From Eledone cirrhosa (taxonomy: Eukaryota): a stretch of DNA of 64,000 nt. The notes under the pieces are model-generated. The model did not search any database and was not told the DNA's origin. It saw nothing but the letters and a program-made list of their open reading frames with translations. Positions within the stretch are counted from its first letter, which is position 1. Each line of letters begins with the position of its first letter. The DNA lies in the NCBI GenBank assembly GCA_964016885.1, contig OZ024761.1, positions 1,860,001 through 1,924,000 on the forward strand, in the 5' to 3' direction. This document shows positions 62,518-64,000 of this stretch, in pieces. The position numbers and the translations under genes are program-made.

Positions 62518-64000
62518 CCAGTTCGATATAGACTCCTACTATACGTCTATATCCCCCATATTACCGAATAAGGCGCTCATACTGGCAATGCGGACGGGCG
62601 GAATCACTAGATCCCAGATTGATATAGTTCTTGCCGCTCGTAAAACAATTATCACATTTTAGGATGAATTGTGGACGCGCAAGAACACACATAATAACTT
62701 CGACATCACTATGGGGTCTAGTGACTCGGCACAGGTGACAGACCTCGTCGGCTTGTACCTGCTCAAGGAGCTCAACGAGCAGTTCCCGCACCTCAGAGGT
62801 GGGCTGTACCGTGACGACGCATTGCTTACTGTGGAGTTTAAACGACACAACCTAGAAAGAACTAGAAAGGACCTATATAAATTCTTCAAGAACTTTAACC
62901 TATCAATAACTATGGATAAAAATAGTAAGGTAGTCAACTTTCTAGATGCCACACTAGACCTAGATAAGTTAGAATATGCACAGTACCATAAACCTAACGA
63001 GAGGCTGACATACGTCAATGCCAACTCCAACCACCCAGGCTCAGTCCTCAAAGCAATAGTTAAGGGAGTATCTAGTAGGATAAGCGGACTATCTAGCAAC
63101 GTGACTGCATTTGAGGCAAATGCAGAGTATTACAATAAGGCGCTAGCTAGGTCAGGGCACAAAGATAAACTTCATTATATTGAGACAAACGGCACCACCC
63201 CACTACCCCAACCCAGCACTGTAATCACGCACAATATGTCCATGGGGGATGGAGGGAGGTCTAGAAAGACGAATAGGGACAATAAGAATTTAGCTAAGAA
63301 CACCAACACTCGCAATGCAGACTCGGATAGGGCCCGCACGGCTGGATAGCATTACGCCGCCCCAAGCAAGACCAACAGTGAAAACGGGGGCCAGAGGTCT
63401 AGGAGATTCGAGACCAATACACATACCACCGGGAGCCCAGGACGCACACCTGGTAGAACCCGTAATAATCTAGATGAAGGGAGGGTAAGCAGCATAGGGG
63501 ATAAGAGACGCAGTGGAAGGAATAGAAGACGTGATAGCACCTTCTTTAACCCGCCCTTCAACTCTAATATTATTACAGACCTCCCCAAATCTTTTTTCTC
63601 TTTAATAGATAGGAACTTCCCCCCAGGTACTAGGTACGGTAGTGTCATCAATAAGAATACTATCAAACTATCGTACTCGACAACCCCTAATCTGGCCTCC
63701 CACCTAGCTAAGACCAATAAGAGTAAGATTAAAGAGGGACTTAAGGCCATCCGTAATAGCGAACCACGCCAGTACACACGGCAACATGGGACCGACCCAC
63801 TGAGTGAAGGACCCAGGGGGATAACAGGCAATAGACCCGGTCCCACTAGGCAGCCCCGCGGCCGCTTGGAGGGACATGTACCCCTGATTGAGGAACATGA
63901 CCCTATTAGGAAGTGTAATTGCCGACGGAAGGACAAATGCCCACTAGCTGGACACTGCCTTATTAAGTACGTAGTATATGCTTGTAACGTAACCACAGAC
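62518..64000 (+). mobile_element. Penelope-like element, 5'-truncated, GC-richer family; runs off the window
   Basis: QFDIDSYYTSI, FDITMGSSDSAQV, LYRDD, NFLD, SNHP, FNPPFN, KLSYS, CNCRRK.KCPL.G.CL; in-frame stops at ~62660 and 63347. Confidence 0.9.

Overview
Eukaryotic, AT-rich, transposon-saturated genomic DNA. The SINE/LINE repertoire and the gene sequence point to a mollusc, most likely an octopod cephalopod (inference). One complete spliced gene lies on the minus strand: AAAS/Aladin, a WD40 nucleoporin. I reconstructed 15 coding exons by hand between 50498 and 12069, all with GT-AG ends and compatible phases, totalling 1530 nt (509 aa); the ORF track misses most of them. A probable first coding exon of a divergent, unidentified gene starts at 54430, separated from AAAS by a promoter-like region and a 1.26-kb minisatellite. 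The rest is mobile DNA: many RTE-clade LINE fragments (families with a PHD-type finger inside the RT, plus one nearly intact APE+RT copy), Penelope-like elements, non-autonomous Helitrons, piggyBac, maT/Tc1-mariner, hAT MITEs, two tRNA-SINE families and mini/microsatellites. The most notable unannotated signal is a set of at least eight minimal hammerhead ribozyme motifs of the Penelope pLTR type. Four of them sit in two long palindromes that carry a hammerhead on each strand, and one palindrome is inside an AAAS intron. All coordinates were read by eye; TE boundaries are approximate.
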